A stretch of DNA of 64,000 nt from a bacterium (GCA_021836035.1 JAKBJL010000001.1:138142-202141); one strand, 5' to 3'. Positions 1 through 9,553 are shown, counted from the first letter of the stretch. Program-made: numbers and translations. Notes: generated by a model not told the origin, from the letters alone.

Positions 1-1818
1 ACTAAATTTTACTTCCAAAAGCCGCTCCGGAATATCGGCGACAAAACGGCTGATCATCCCCTCCGACCGGGCACCAAAAAGCAGGCGCCGGCGGGCATAA
101 GTTAGGAAAAGCGTTTCTTTCGCCCGGGTAATCCCGACATAACAAAGGCGCCGTTCTTCTTCCATCTCCAGGTGATCCATAAGACTCCGGCTATGGGGGA
201 ATAACCCCTCTTCCATCCCGATCATAAATACCACCGGAAATTCCAAACCCTTAGCGGCATGTAGGGTCATTAATGTTACGGCTCCCCTGCCATCCGCGCT
301 TCTTCTGCGCGAGCCTTCCCGTTCCACCAGTGCCACGTTTTCCAGGAACTCTCCCGGATCCGGGAACTCGGCAGCGACCGACCGCAATTCCTTAATATTT
401 TCCAGACGCGCTGAATCCTCTTCTTTTTCTTCATCAAACAATTCCAAATAACCCGTGATTTCTAATACCCTATCTAATAGTTCTAGCGTCGCGCTGTCGA
501 TTCCCGGTTTGGGGTGGTCAGCTGCAAATTTCTGCCATTTTTCCGTCCTTCCTTTTCCTAATTTTGCAATCCGCCGGTAAGACACGGTGTCCTTGGGATT
601 ATGCCACAATCTTAAATAAGCCAGAACGTCCTTGATTTCTTTTCGCTCATAAAAGCGCGTGCCTCCGACCAGCGAATAGGGTACCCCTTCATGCAAAAAA
701 GCCTCCTCTAAAACCCGCGACTGGGCATTGGTCCGGTAAAGGACGGCAAAATCGCTAAATTTTATGCCCCTTATTGATTTAGCGATTAACTGATTTATGG
801 TTTTTATGATGTATCTTGCCTCGTCCTGCTCGTTTTCCGCTTCGTAGAGGATAATTTTCCCGCCCCGGTCCTTTTCCGTCCACAATTTTAAGATCGGGTG
901 GTTGCGGTTTTTGGAAATCACGCCGTATGCCGCATCCAGAATTTGCTGGGTAGAACGGTAATTCCGCTCCAGATGAAAAACCCGCGCATCGGGAAATTCC
1001 GTCCGGAAATAAGACAAATTCCGATAGTCCGCTCCCCGCCAGGAATAAATCGATTGCGAAAAATCGCCGACCACACAAATCTGGCGGTATCTTTTGGCTA
1101 GGAGCCGGGTAAGTTCAAACTGCGCATGGTTGGTATCCTGATACTCATCGATTAAAAGATAGCGGAATTTCTCCTGATAGTAAGCCAGCGCGGCCGGTGA
1201 TTTTTGAAACAGGCTGACGGCTTCCATGATCAAATCATCAAAGTCTAAAGCCTGGTTCTCCCGCAACTCTTTCTGATAAGAAAGGTAGATCTGGCTTACG
1301 GTTTCCTGGAAAAATCCCCGGGCATACTGCGGATATGCCAGCGCCGAAATCAGTTGGTTTTTAGCCTGGCTGATAGTAGCCAATACCGCTCCGGGGTTAA
1401 AATTTTTCGGGGAAATATTCATCCGGATCATGATCTGCTTCACTAAATCGGTGCTGTCCCCCTCGTCATAAATAATAAAATCCGGGCTAAGTCCGATTTC
1501 CCTTCCGTCCTGGCGCAAAATTTTAGCGCACAAACTGTGAAATGTTCCCGCCCATGGTTGGCCATTGGCTGTTTGGGTAGGGCTATTAGCCAGTAGCTTT
1601 AATACTCTTTCTTTCATCTCGCTGGCCGCCTTATTGGTAAAAGTAACTAAAAGAATGTTTTCCGGGCGGATTTGCTTGCGGCTGACCAGGTACGCTACCC
1701 GATAGGTTAAAACTTTAGTTTTACCGCTGCCGGCACCAGCTAAAACCAAAGAGGGCCCCTCGGTAAACTTGACCGCTTCAGCTTGTTGCGCGTTAAGATC
1801 ATCTAAAAAATCAGCCAT
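1..1818 (-). CDS. ATP-dependent DNA helicase, UvrD/PcrA/Rep family; the window covers the N-terminal ~600 aa only
   Basis: Reverse translation from the ATG at 1816-1818 reads MADFLDDLNAQQAEAVKFTEGPSLVLAGAGSGKTKVLTYRVAYLVS, with Walker A GAGSGKT. The ORF runs off the window edge. Confidence 0.85.
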   Translation of the reverse strand, partial: MADFLDDLNAQQAEAVKFTEGPSLVLAGAGSGKTKVLTYRVAYLVSRKQIRPENILLVTFTNKAASEMKERVLKLLANSPTQTANGQPWAGTFHSLCAKILRQDGREIGLSPDFIIYDEGDSTDLVKQIMIRMNISPKNFNPGAVLATISQAKNQLISALAYPQYARGFFQETVSQIYLSYQKELRENQALDFDDLIMEAVSLFQKSPAALAYYQEKFRYLLIDEYQDTNHAQFELTRLLAKRYRQICVVGDFSQSIYSWRGADYRNLSYFRTEFPDARVFHLERNYRSTQQILDAAYGVISKNRNHPILKLWTEKDRGGKIILYEAENEQDEARYIIKTINQLIAKSIRGIKFSDFAVLYRTNAQSRVLEEAFLHEGVPYSLVGGTRFYERKEIKDVLAYLRLWHNPKDTVSYRRIAKLGKGRTEKWQKFAADHPKPGIDSATLELLDRVLEITGYLELFDEEKEEDSARLENIKELRSVAAEFPDPGEFLENVALVEREGSRRRSADGRGAVTLMTLHAAKGLEFPVVFMIGMEEGLFPHSRSLMDHLEMEEERRLCYVGITRAKETLFLTYARRRLLFGARSEGMISRFVADIPERLLEVKFS

Positions 1819-1871
1819 AGAAAAAAAGCCTGGGTTATGGCCTTCGGTGGTGTTAAAATAATACCACAAAA

Positions 1872-2636
1872 ATGTTCTTTTCCGGCCAGCCAGCCAGGAC
1901 AGAAAGCGCTCTCCAAAACCTCCGTTCCCGTCTGACAAGCGACCGGGAGCGGGATTACTTTTTAACCCACCAAAACCGCTACCGTTTTATCTTAAAAAAA
2001 ATTGCTGCTCTGGGTCTGCCTCCCGGGGCAACCGTTTTGGATATCGTCTGTTTCCCCTTGCATCTTTTTAAGATGCTGGAAGGCTGGGGCTATCGCGTCT
2101 CGGGCGTCTCCTCCGACCACGAGAAAATAAAAACGGCTAAAATTCACAGCCTGAATATTGAAATCGGGCCCTTGCCTTATCCGGATAACCATTTCGATCT
2201 AATCATTTTTGCGGAAGTGATGGAACATCTCCTTTATAATCCCGGAAATTATCTGCAGGAGATCTATCGGGTACTTAAGCCGGGCGGAACGCTATTTATC
2301 ACCACCCCGAATAGTATCAACATCAAAAACCGCCTGCTGCTCTTGGGCGGCCGCTCCTGCTACCCGCCGCTTTTTCAGCTGTTAGAATCCGAACCGGATA
2401 ATGGTTATATTTATCACCGCCGCAATCGCGAATATACCCTGTCCGAGCTGGAACAACTCCTGAAGCCGCACTTATTTAAAATTAAATCCGGGGGACATTT
2501 TAACGCCTACAGTCCCCTGCGGGAGAAATTGCATCCGAACCCCCGGGCGGTTAGAATAATAAAAGGGGTGGTTTTCCTCCCCACGGTTTTTTTCAGCTCA
2601 TTAAGAGATACCAATTTTATTCTGGCCGCCAAATGA
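1872..2636 (+). CDS. Class I SAM-dependent methyltransferase-like protein with a degenerate motif I
   Basis: Shows a Methyltransf_11-like core (DLIIFAEVMEHL...VLKPGGTLFITTPN). The glycine-rich motif I reads VLDIVCFPLHL where VLDxGCGxG is expected. Confidence 0.55.
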   Translation: MFFSGQPARTESALQNLRSRLTSDRERDYFLTHQNRYRFILKKIAALGLPPGATVLDIVCFPLHLFKMLEGWGYRVSGVSSDHEKIKTAKIHSLNIEIGPLPYPDNHFDLIIFAEVMEHLLYNPGNYLQEIYRVLKPGGTLFITTPNSINIKNRLLLLGGRSCYPPLFQLLESEPDNGYIYHRRNREYTLSELEQLLKPHLFKIKSGGHFNAYSPLREKLHPNPRAVRIIKGVVFLPTVFFSSLRDTNFILAAK

Positions 2637-3319
2637 ATCCAAAATTGTTACTGGTAGCAAACTGGAAAGCTAATTTCCCCGCAGCCTGGTTCCGGGAATT
2701 TTCCCTTCTACCTGCCCAATTTTTAAGCTACCTGGATGTGGCTATCGCCCCGCCGTATCCCCATATTTCCGACGTTCCCCAAAATTTTATCCGCTGTGCC
2801 CAAGATCTATCGGCTTTTTCGCCCGGAGCCTACACCGGAGAGGTTCCGGCGAAACTATTGGCGGACTTAGGGGTTAAATATTGTCTGGTCGGCCATTCCG
2901 AGCGCCGAAAATACCTTGGCGAAACTACGGAAGCGATAGGGAAAAAGGCTCTACAAGCCCTAGAAAATCGGATTACCCCTATTGTTTGCGCCCGAAATTT
3001 TGAGGAAATCCCCCGGCTCGCTTCGCTGCCTCAGGACGGCCCGATGGTCATGTTTGAGCCCGAAGAAGCCATCAGCTCTCACGGCGAATATCACCCCGCA
3101 ACCCCGGAAGAAGTACGGCGGACCCTGGCGGAATGGCAACGGCAGCTTGGTCCGGGCATGCGTTTTCTTTACGGTGGGAGTATAAATCCCGATAACGTTT
3201 CCCGTTATCTGTCTTCCGATTTTCGTCCGCTGCTTTCCGGCTTCGTTATCGGCCATGCTTCCCTGGAAATGCAAACCTTTTTCGCGATTCTTAAACAATG
3301 TCTTCCTACCGTCTCTTAA
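2633..3319 (+). CDS. tpiA: Triosephosphate isomerase
   Basis: N-terminal VANWKAN and the catalytic GHSERR motif are present. Length is 228 aa. Start overlaps the upstream gene (ATGA). Confidence 0.85.
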   Translation: MNPKLLLVANWKANFPAAWFREFSLLPAQFLSYLDVAIAPPYPHISDVPQNFIRCAQDLSAFSPGAYTGEVPAKLLADLGVKYCLVGHSERRKYLGETTEAIGKKALQALENRITPIVCARNFEEIPRLASLPQDGPMVMFEPEEAISSHGEYHPATPEEVRRTLAEWQRQLGPGMRFLYGGSINPDNVSRYLSSDFRPLLSGFVIGHASLEMQTFFAILKQCLPTVS

Positions 3320-4425
3320 TCACCAAAACCCGACGGCGGATCGCCAAGCACGACCGCCTCTTAAAAGCCGCTTTGTCGGCCGGTTGCTTCTTTATTCTGT
3401 TTTTCCTGGCAACCACCTTTTTCCTGCCGGCGGCCAAACTATTAAAGGAAACCGTTTTCGGAACGGTTAATCCGCTGGCGGTTGTTTTAGGCACCGGCCC
3501 GGCCTTAAAAAGCGATGAGGGAAGGACCAATATTTTACTGCTGGGTATCGGCGGAGGATCTCATGAGGGCCCGGATTTAACGGATACAATGATTATCGTT
3601 TCCCTTCCCAATAGCTCTCGGCCGCCTGTCTCTTCCGCTGCCGGAACAATTTATCTGGTCACCATCCCCCGGGACATCTACCTCGCAGACCTCAACGATA
3701 AAATTAACTTTGCTTATTCCTTCGGTCAGGAAAAAAGAAGCGGGGGCGGCTTGACCCTCTCGGAAGCCGCCGTGCGACAGGTAACCGGTTTACCGATTCA
3801 CTACGGCATCCGCGTTGACTTTACCGCTTTTGAAAAAATCATTGACCTGGTGGGCGGAGTGGACATCGAAGTGGAACGGGCTTTTGACGATTTTCAATAC
3901 CCGCTTGCCGGTAGCGAAACCGACAACTGCGGTTTTACACCGTCAGAGCTGGCTGCCCGGGAAGCCACTATGTCTCTGGAAATTGCCTACCCCTGCCGCT
4001 ATGAGCATCTGCATTTTGCCGCCGGTCTGACGCATATGAACGGCGCGACGGCTTTAAAATTCGTCCGCAGCCGGCATGCGGAGGGAGAAGAAGGTTCCGA
4101 TTTCGCCCGCTCCCGCCGCCAGCAAAAACTTATACTGGCATTCAGAAATAAATTGCTTTCCCTGCCTAATTTGCTTTCACCGCAAAAAATGCTGGAGATT
4201 TATAAAACACTCAAAAGTCATGTGGATACCGATGTCGGCAGCGGGGAAATGAATACTTTTTTACGTTTGTGGCTAAAACTTAAAGACAGCCCGGTAAAAA
4301 ACATTAATATCGATGAGAATCTTCTGGTAAACCCGCCGATTGACCAGCGGGGCTGGATTTTACTGCCGCGGGATGCCGACTTCACCGAAGTTCACGACTT
4401 TCTCCGGAAACAAATCTTTCCTTAA
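3298..4425 (+). CDS. LytR-CpsA-Psr (LCP) family cell-envelope glycopolymer transferase
   Basis: N-terminal TM anchor followed by an LCP core (NILLLGIGGG...DLTDTMIIVSLP...TIPRDIY...INFAY). Confidence 0.75.
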   Translation: MSSYRLLITKTRRRIAKHDRLLKAALSAGCFFILFFLATTFFLPAAKLLKETVFGTVNPLAVVLGTGPALKSDEGRTNILLLGIGGGSHEGPDLTDTMIIVSLPNSSRPPVSSAAGTIYLVTIPRDIYLADLNDKINFAYSFGQEKRSGGGLTLSEAAVRQVTGLPIHYGIRVDFTAFEKIIDLVGGVDIEVERAFDDFQYPLAGSETDNCGFTPSELAAREATMSLEIAYPCRYEHLHFAAGLTHMNGATALKFVRSRHAEGEEGSDFARSRRQQKLILAFRNKLLSLPNLLSPQKMLEIYKTLKSHVDTDVGSGEMNTFLRLWLKLKDSPVKNINIDENLLVNPPIDQRGWILLPRDADFTEVHDFLRKQIFP

Positions 4426-4880
4426 AAAGCCAAAAGCCCCAGAAGGATTAAAATACCGCCGATACCGACAAAAAGGACCGTCGGCATTTCTATACCCGTC
4501 CGCGGCAGTGCCGGGGTCGGCACGGGAGTTGCCGCCGGCGGTAGCGCGGGCGTGGGAGTCGGTGCCGGTATCTCCGAAGGCGTTGGCGTGGGAGTCGGCG
4601 CGGGGGTGGCCGTGGGAGTCACGGTCGGCGTCACGCCTGGAGTTACCGAGGGGGTTATGGTGGGAGTCGGTGTTACGGAAACCGCCACCGTAAAAGTTAA
4701 GGAACAGGCAGGATTAGGTTCCGCGGCGCGGGGCTTTATCTGCGGAACGGTGGGGGCTACCGGTTTAGACGGTGCCTGTGAAAGCCTTAGGGCCGTAATA
4801 ATTGCCACGGTCGCTAAAACCGCCGCTAAAACCGTGGCTATTATTCCAATCAGTAATTTTTTATTTTGCCAAATAGGCAT
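4422..4880 (-). CDS. Pro/Thr-rich surface protein with a C-terminal LPRTG sortase-type sorting signal
   Basis: N-terminal signal/TM, a PT-rich low-complexity linker, and a C-terminus LPRTGIEMPTVLFVGIGGILILLGLLAF. Confidence 0.6.
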   Translation of the reverse strand: MPIWQNKKLLIGIIATVLAAVLATVAIITALRLSQAPSKPVAPTVPQIKPRAAEPNPACSLTFTVAVSVTPTPTITPSVTPGVTPTVTPTATPAPTPTPTPSEIPAPTPTPALPPAATPVPTPALPRTGIEMPTVLFVGIGGILILLGLLAF

Positions 4881-4881
4881 A

Positions 4882-7809
4882 TTATTCTAACCAGACGTTA
4901 GCGCTCTTCCAGTGCACCCGGATTTTGACACCATAATTCCCCGGTGCGCTAACAGTGTAGGCCTGGCTGGCTTGATAGAAAACATTGCCGCCGGTGTCTT
5001 TTCCCGGTGCCCGGACGGTATTAACTATCTCGTTGGATACCTCCGTTCCGTCTTTAGTAATAATAAAGTTGATCTGGTCAATGCTGTCGGTACCGGAACT
5101 GACCCAGCCGAAACCGGTAAACGTTACCAGATCCCCTACCCGTACGGTACTTAAATCTTTGTCCGCCTGAACCAGCTGGCAGGCGGCAGTAACTGTCGGT
5201 GGCGGACTGGTAGAGATTGTCGGGGTAACCGGCGGAGTAGGGGAAAGAGTGGGCGCGGCGGAAACGGGAGGTACTACCTGAGCCGTCAGTTTACAAGAGG
5301 ATGCGTGGCCGCAAAGGAACCGCGGCGGGGCATCAACACAATCCGCCCGGCATTCACTGATCGCGTCGTTCCAGACCCGGCCGTAAACAACCGTGGTCCC
5401 CGCCTGGGTTGGAGTCCAGGTAAAGGTATAGGTTCCGGGCCCGCCGTGCTGCTGGGCATAAGGAATAACATTGTTGGAACAGGAATTGATGTAGCCGCTT
5501 ATCGCGACATCGGTAACCGTCCCGGCGGCCTGCAGGGAAAAAGTATAAGGGGTTCCGATCACCAAATTATTCAAGTCGGCGGTAGTGGTAAGGCTTGTGC
5601 AGTCCGGCGGCGGCGGTTGGGTAGAAACCGACGGTACAACACAGTCGCAGTTGTAATAAATGCCGCCGGCCATAATACTTCCGCCCGGTGGATAGGGAGC
5701 ATTCAGACAATCGAGCTGTACCACGGCACAGGTGGGATAGGTCGAAGTAATGACGCAGGATCCGGTACTACTAGTACAGGTGCCTACCTGACTACAGGAA
5801 ATATCCGGATTTTGGCAAGTACTGAGCTCCCCTACCAAATTGGGTCCGCAATTGCTGTCGCGGCACTTTAAACATTGATTCCAGCCGGCTTCGTCATGGC
5901 TAAACTGTTTAACCACTAAAGCTCCGTAATAGGTTTCCGAACCGCTACCGTTTGGTTGCCCTCCGCCGAAACAGAGGGTAGAGGCAGTATTGGAATCGGC
6001 GCGACTTCTGGTCTCCTGCTTCCGCTGGGTTAAGAAAATACCGCCGGCCAGCCCGCTCAATAAAACCAAAGCCGCTAAGGCAATTAACACCGTATTTTTC
6101 CCGTAGGGTGAGCTTTTGATCGGCGGAAGAACCACGGAAGGCATCTCGCTGCTTCCTGCCGGGCTAACGGTAGGAACTGCCTGCGCGGGAGGCGTTACCG
6201 GCTCCGGGGGCGGCGGAAGCGCGTTGGCAGTCAACGGTTTAACTTCCGCTACCGGTGGATTTGTTTCCGGTAAATCAGCTATCGAAGGTTTTTCGGGCGT
6301 TTCCGTTTTGGTAGGCCGCAGGAGTCGGTATAAACTGATGAGCACGACGCCCAGGGCAACCACAAGAACCACCACGCCCAACTTCGGAACGAAAGCCAGC
6401 ATGGCGATCACTCCAATAGTATACAGTCGGTTTCCGGCGATTGCACGCCGGGAGATTAACATTCCTGCTCCGGTAAGAAAAAAACCCAATACCGCCAAAA
6501 GTATCGTTTGCGCGGTAGCTCCGGATGTCGGGGCCCGAGGCGATGAGACCGGAACGGCTACCGGTGTAGGGCTCGGAGTCGGAATAGGAGTCGGCGAAAG
6601 ACGCGGCGTAGGAGAGGGACGGGGGGTCGGTGTGGGTGAAATCGCCGCCAGGCTGATCTGCCGTGGGGTCGGAAGGGGCGCAGCGCTGGGAGTGGCTGTC
6701 GTTGCCGGCAAAAGCGGTTCCTGGCCGGCGTTACCGGCGGCCTGAACCGCAAAAGTTCGGGTAATGGTCTGTTTTATACCGGAAGCATCGAGAAAGCTAA
6801 CCGTAATCGTATGTATACCGGGCGTCAGAACGCTGGACAAAACATAAGACCAGTTGCCGTCGGGTGCGGATTTGACCGAAGCGGAGATAACTCCCGCGGA
6901 ATGGATTTCAATCTGTAAAACCTTATTAGGCGGGGCCTTGCCGCGGAAAGTCGGCAGGGGATCGTTGATTACACCCTGATCCGCAGGACTGGAAATGGTC
7001 AGACCGGCTGAGGGGCTGGCCCCGCCCCTGGCGGGGCTTGCAACCTCCGGTGTCGGGCCAGGAGAAGCTATCGGCGCTGCTGTACACTGACCGCTCTTCC
7101 CCAGGGTGATATCCGGAAAGGGCTTGTCCAGACCGACAGTACAGTTAAGGGTAGCGGTTCCGTCTGGGCCTGCCTCGACCGTTAAAACTTCCGGGGTCTG
7201 TGGTCCGATCTCCGCAAAACCGCTCAGGTCTGCCGTCCGACCGGCGTTGACCATCATGAGAAAATTACCGTTGCTTTTTACCCGGGCAGAAAGCGGAGCC
7301 ATTCCGGGAATATCCAGATAAACAATCGCTCCCGAAGCGGGCGACCCGTCGCTTTTATAAACCGTGCCGTAAGCCGGATTGCCGACAGAGTCTGCTGCGG
7401 CAGGTACCCTAGCAGTACTAGCCTCATAGGGTTTATTGGTCAGCGGTTCTTTGCTGAAGTTTTCCGTGCCACTGATAACGGCAAAGGCATATTTGCTAGC
7501 CGGTTTTAAACCCGTAACCACAAAATAGTGGGTGACGTATCCCTGGGTTTTGAATAACCCGGAATCGCGTTCGTCGTTAACTTTCCGGCCATCGGTCAGA
7601 GAAATCACTCCGGTGGTCGCAGCATCCGTAAGGTAAGAAACGGTAAAGGTGTTATCGCTGATGTTGGTAATCCGGACGCTTTTAGGAACAGATCCCGGTG
7701 CCGCCCGGGAGGACAATTGACGGACTTGGCTAATAGCATAAACCGCGACGCCCAAAGCGAAGAGCAAAACAAGAAGGGCCAGGATCGTGGGTATGCGTAT
7801 CGGTTGCAT
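4882..7809 (-). CDS. Large (975 aa) surface protein: signal peptide, FN3/Ig-like domains, Pro-rich linkers, internal hydrophobic segments, C-terminal Cys-rich domain
   Basis: N-terminal signal MQPIRIPTILALLVLLFALGVAVYA. FN3-like stretch FTVSYLTDAATTGVISLTDG...YFVVTGLKPASKYAFAV. PT-rich stretches. About 40 Cys in the C-terminal third. Sits directly upstream of the LPXTG gene on the same strand. Confidence 0.6.
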   Translation of the reverse strand: MQPIRIPTILALLVLLFALGVAVYAISQVRQLSSRAAPGSVPKSVRITNISDNTFTVSYLTDAATTGVISLTDGRKVNDERDSGLFKTQGYVTHYFVVTGLKPASKYAFAVISGTENFSKEPLTNKPYEASTARVPAAADSVGNPAYGTVYKSDGSPASGAIVYLDIPGMAPLSARVKSNGNFLMMVNAGRTADLSGFAEIGPQTPEVLTVEAGPDGTATLNCTVGLDKPFPDITLGKSGQCTAAPIASPGPTPEVASPARGGASPSAGLTISSPADQGVINDPLPTFRGKAPPNKVLQIEIHSAGVISASVKSAPDGNWSYVLSSVLTPGIHTITVSFLDASGIKQTITRTFAVQAAGNAGQEPLLPATTATPSAAPLPTPRQISLAAISPTPTPRPSPTPRLSPTPIPTPSPTPVAVPVSSPRAPTSGATAQTILLAVLGFFLTGAGMLISRRAIAGNRLYTIGVIAMLAFVPKLGVVVLVVALGVVLISLYRLLRPTKTETPEKPSIADLPETNPPVAEVKPLTANALPPPPEPVTPPAQAVPTVSPAGSSEMPSVVLPPIKSSPYGKNTVLIALAALVLLSGLAGGIFLTQRKQETRSRADSNTASTLCFGGGQPNGSGSETYYGALVVKQFSHDEAGWNQCLKCRDSNCGPNLVGELSTCQNPDISCSQVGTCTSSTGSCVITSTYPTCAVVQLDCLNAPYPPGGSIMAGGIYYNCDCVVPSVSTQPPPPDCTSLTTTADLNNLVIGTPYTFSLQAAGTVTDVAISGYINSCSNNVIPYAQQHGGPGTYTFTWTPTQAGTTVVYGRVWNDAISECRADCVDAPPRFLCGHASSCKLTAQVVPPVSAAPTLSPTPPVTPTISTSPPPTVTAACQLVQADKDLSTVRVGDLVTFTGFGWVSSGTDSIDQINFIITKDGTEVSNEIVNTVRAPGKDTGGNVFYQASQAYTVSAPGNYGVKIRVHWKSANVWLE

Positions 7810-7811
7810 GA

Positions 7812-8096
7812 TTATCTCCTGATACCGCTGGCGGTGGCAGTTGCGCTTTCGCTTGCCGTTCTGGCTGGAAACTCTGCAACAGTAATCAGCGACTGGAAAA
7901 TATTTACCGGTTCATGCCGCTCTTTTAGTTTTTGAATCACAGCTTTATCAATCTTCGGAGTCAGCGGCAAAGCGATCTCCTCTAAAACCGGAGTGATAGT
8001 GTTGGTCGTATAGGCATGGTAAGCGTCAAAGAACACCCAAGCAATAGCGGCCAAAAGCGTTAAGACAGAAATAAAAAGAAAGTTTTTGCTTCTCAT
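7812..8096 (-). CDS. Small membrane protein, last gene of the pilN/pilO operon
   Basis: 94 aa with one N-terminal TM helix. Translationally coupled to the upstream ORF (4-nt overlap). Confidence 0.4.
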   Translation of the reverse strand: MRSKNFLFISVLTLLAAIAWVFFDAYHAYTTNTITPVLEEIALPLTPKIDKAVIQKLKERHEPVNIFQSLITVAEFPARTASESATATASGIRR

Positions 8097-8725
8097 GGAT
8101 AATATAATCCTTTCACCGTGAGCTTCACCGGCAATTCATTGGCGGGCCGCTTGTTAATGGTGCCCGATTGGGTGTGCTGCCCGATGGTTATTTTGGAAAT
8201 AACAAATATCCGCGGCAGGTTAACCAGCTGTTTTAAGAAATAACTGACCACATCGTAGGTACCCGATAGCTGTAGATCGATAGGAATGGCGGTTACCGCC
8301 GATTGGTTGGCGGAAGAATAATAATTTACCTTGGACACGCTAACCGACTCCAAACGCACCCCACTGGAGCTGGCAGTATTTTCCAATAAAATGATCGCGG
8401 CGCCGAGATCTGGGCTGGCCGGCATCGCTTCGTCCACTAAACCCAGATCCGGTTCAATCTCCTGATACTCCGTTTGGAGAAGGGCCAAAGCGTTAATTTT
8501 GGTGTCCAATTTCTGGGCAAATGCCTTTTTGTCAGTAATCTGTTTTTGTAAACCGACAATCGTCGCAATTGTCGGTCTGATAGCAAAAACCAGAAAGATT
8601 GTCACGGTTACAACAGAAGCGATCAGGGAAAAATAAGCCCGTACCGCGGGGTCTTTTAATAAGGGGCCCGCCGCGCTGTAATAGCGCTTATAACGCCGGT
8701 ATTCGGATCGATAGTCTAAGGCCAT
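8093..8725 (-). CDS. pilO: Type IV pilus assembly protein PilO-like
   Basis: Topology is short cytoplasmic N-terminus, one TM, a coiled-coil, then a periplasmic domain. Lies immediately downstream of and overlapping pilN. Confidence 0.55.
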   Translation of the reverse strand: MALDYRSEYRRYKRYYSAAGPLLKDPAVRAYFSLIASVVTVTIFLVFAIRPTIATIVGLQKQITDKKAFAQKLDTKINALALLQTEYQEIEPDLGLVDEAMPASPDLGAAIILLENTASSSGVRLESVSVSKVNYYSSANQSAVTAIPIDLQLSGTYDVVSYFLKQLVNLPRIFVISKITIGQHTQSGTINKRPANELPVKLTVKGLYYP

Positions 8726-9258
8726 AAAGTAGCGGCGACGGAAAAATTCAGAGTTTTCCCGTCTTCTGCCTGCTCTAATTTATTGACGGCAATATTTTTA
8801 ATCTGGGGATTCTTCTCCAACTCGGTAATAATTGTTTGAATTCCTCCTTCGGATTTAACCGTACCGGTCAGCGTCAGCCGGTTCACATCCAAATTGACGG
8901 AGTCGATCACGGATTCCTCCGGCAGGGCCGTGGTTAAGATCGGCAGATATTTTTCCGGCATTAAAATACTGGCGGTCAGCTTATCAATATTTTGCAATTT
9001 GTCCTGCAATTTACGAACTTTATTTTCAAACGGAGCGGAGGCGGAGATGATGCTTTTCTTGCGGGCAATATCTTCGGAAAGGTCGGTAAGATCCCGATCC
9101 AGTTTAAAGCGGGATAAAAAGGCCAAAAGCACAATCAGTTCGGTAATAACCACAATATAGCGCCCGGCGGTTAAAGCCCAGGCAAGAAATTTTCCCAACG
9201 GCGCCTTTTCAATTTCCGCCTGGGGCAACAGGTTAATTTCCGGCGTCGCCGTCTCCAT
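8716..9258 (-). CDS. pilN: Type IV pilus assembly protein PilN
   Basis: Hallmark N-terminal INLLP motif (METATPEINLLPQAEIEK), a single TM helix and a coiled-coil, about 180 aa. Confidence 0.65.
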   Translation of the reverse strand: METATPEINLLPQAEIEKAPLGKFLAWALTAGRYIVVITELIVLLAFLSRFKLDRDLTDLSEDIARKKSIISASAPFENKVRKLQDKLQNIDKLTASILMPEKYLPILTTALPEESVIDSVNLDVNRLTLTGTVKSEGGIQTIITELEKNPQIKNIAVNKLEQAEDGKTLNFSVAATLWP

Positions 9259-9319
9259 ATTTCCAGAATATACTAAACTTTCGCGGGCTACAAGTCCGGT
9301 TTTTTAAAACTACCCGGGG

Positions 9320-9553
9320 CTATCTTACCAGGCGGGAAAGACGGGAGGTCAGGCGTGAAGCTTTATTTTTGTGAATAATATTCTGTTTGACCGCTTTGCC
9401 CAAAGTCGAAGCGACCCGGGCCAAACCCTTTGCCGAAGGCTTGCGGTGGAAAGCGGCCATAATTGACCGCAGGTTAGTCTTAACCTGGCGGTTTTGCTGG
9501 TACCTTTTCTGCGCCTGGCGCAATTGTTTTGTTGCTGACTTGATAACGGGCAT
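9320..9553 (-). CDS. rpsT: 30S ribosomal protein S20
   Basis: MPVIKSATKQLRQAQKR...GLIHKNKASR is typical of S20. Start placed at the internal Met of the listed ORF. Confidence 0.85.
   Translation of the reverse strand: MPVIKSATKQLRQAQKRYQQNRQVKTNLRSIMAAFHRKPSAKGLARVASTLGKAVKQNIIHKNKASRLTSRLSRLVR

Noticed and set aside
4340-4890. Plus-strand ORFs (4340..4693, 4552..4890) rich in G/V repeats
   Set aside because: They are the antisense read-through of the Pro/Thr-rich linker of the minus-strand LPXTG gene. The repetitive GTGGGAGTCGGCG-type DNA is coding low-complexity sequence, not a CRISPR array or an independent gene.
5286-6752. Several 60-200 aa plus-strand ORFs inside the 975-aa surface protein gene
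   Set aside because: They are antisense to a high-GC coding region. Open frames are expected there by chance and nothing suggests an independent gene.
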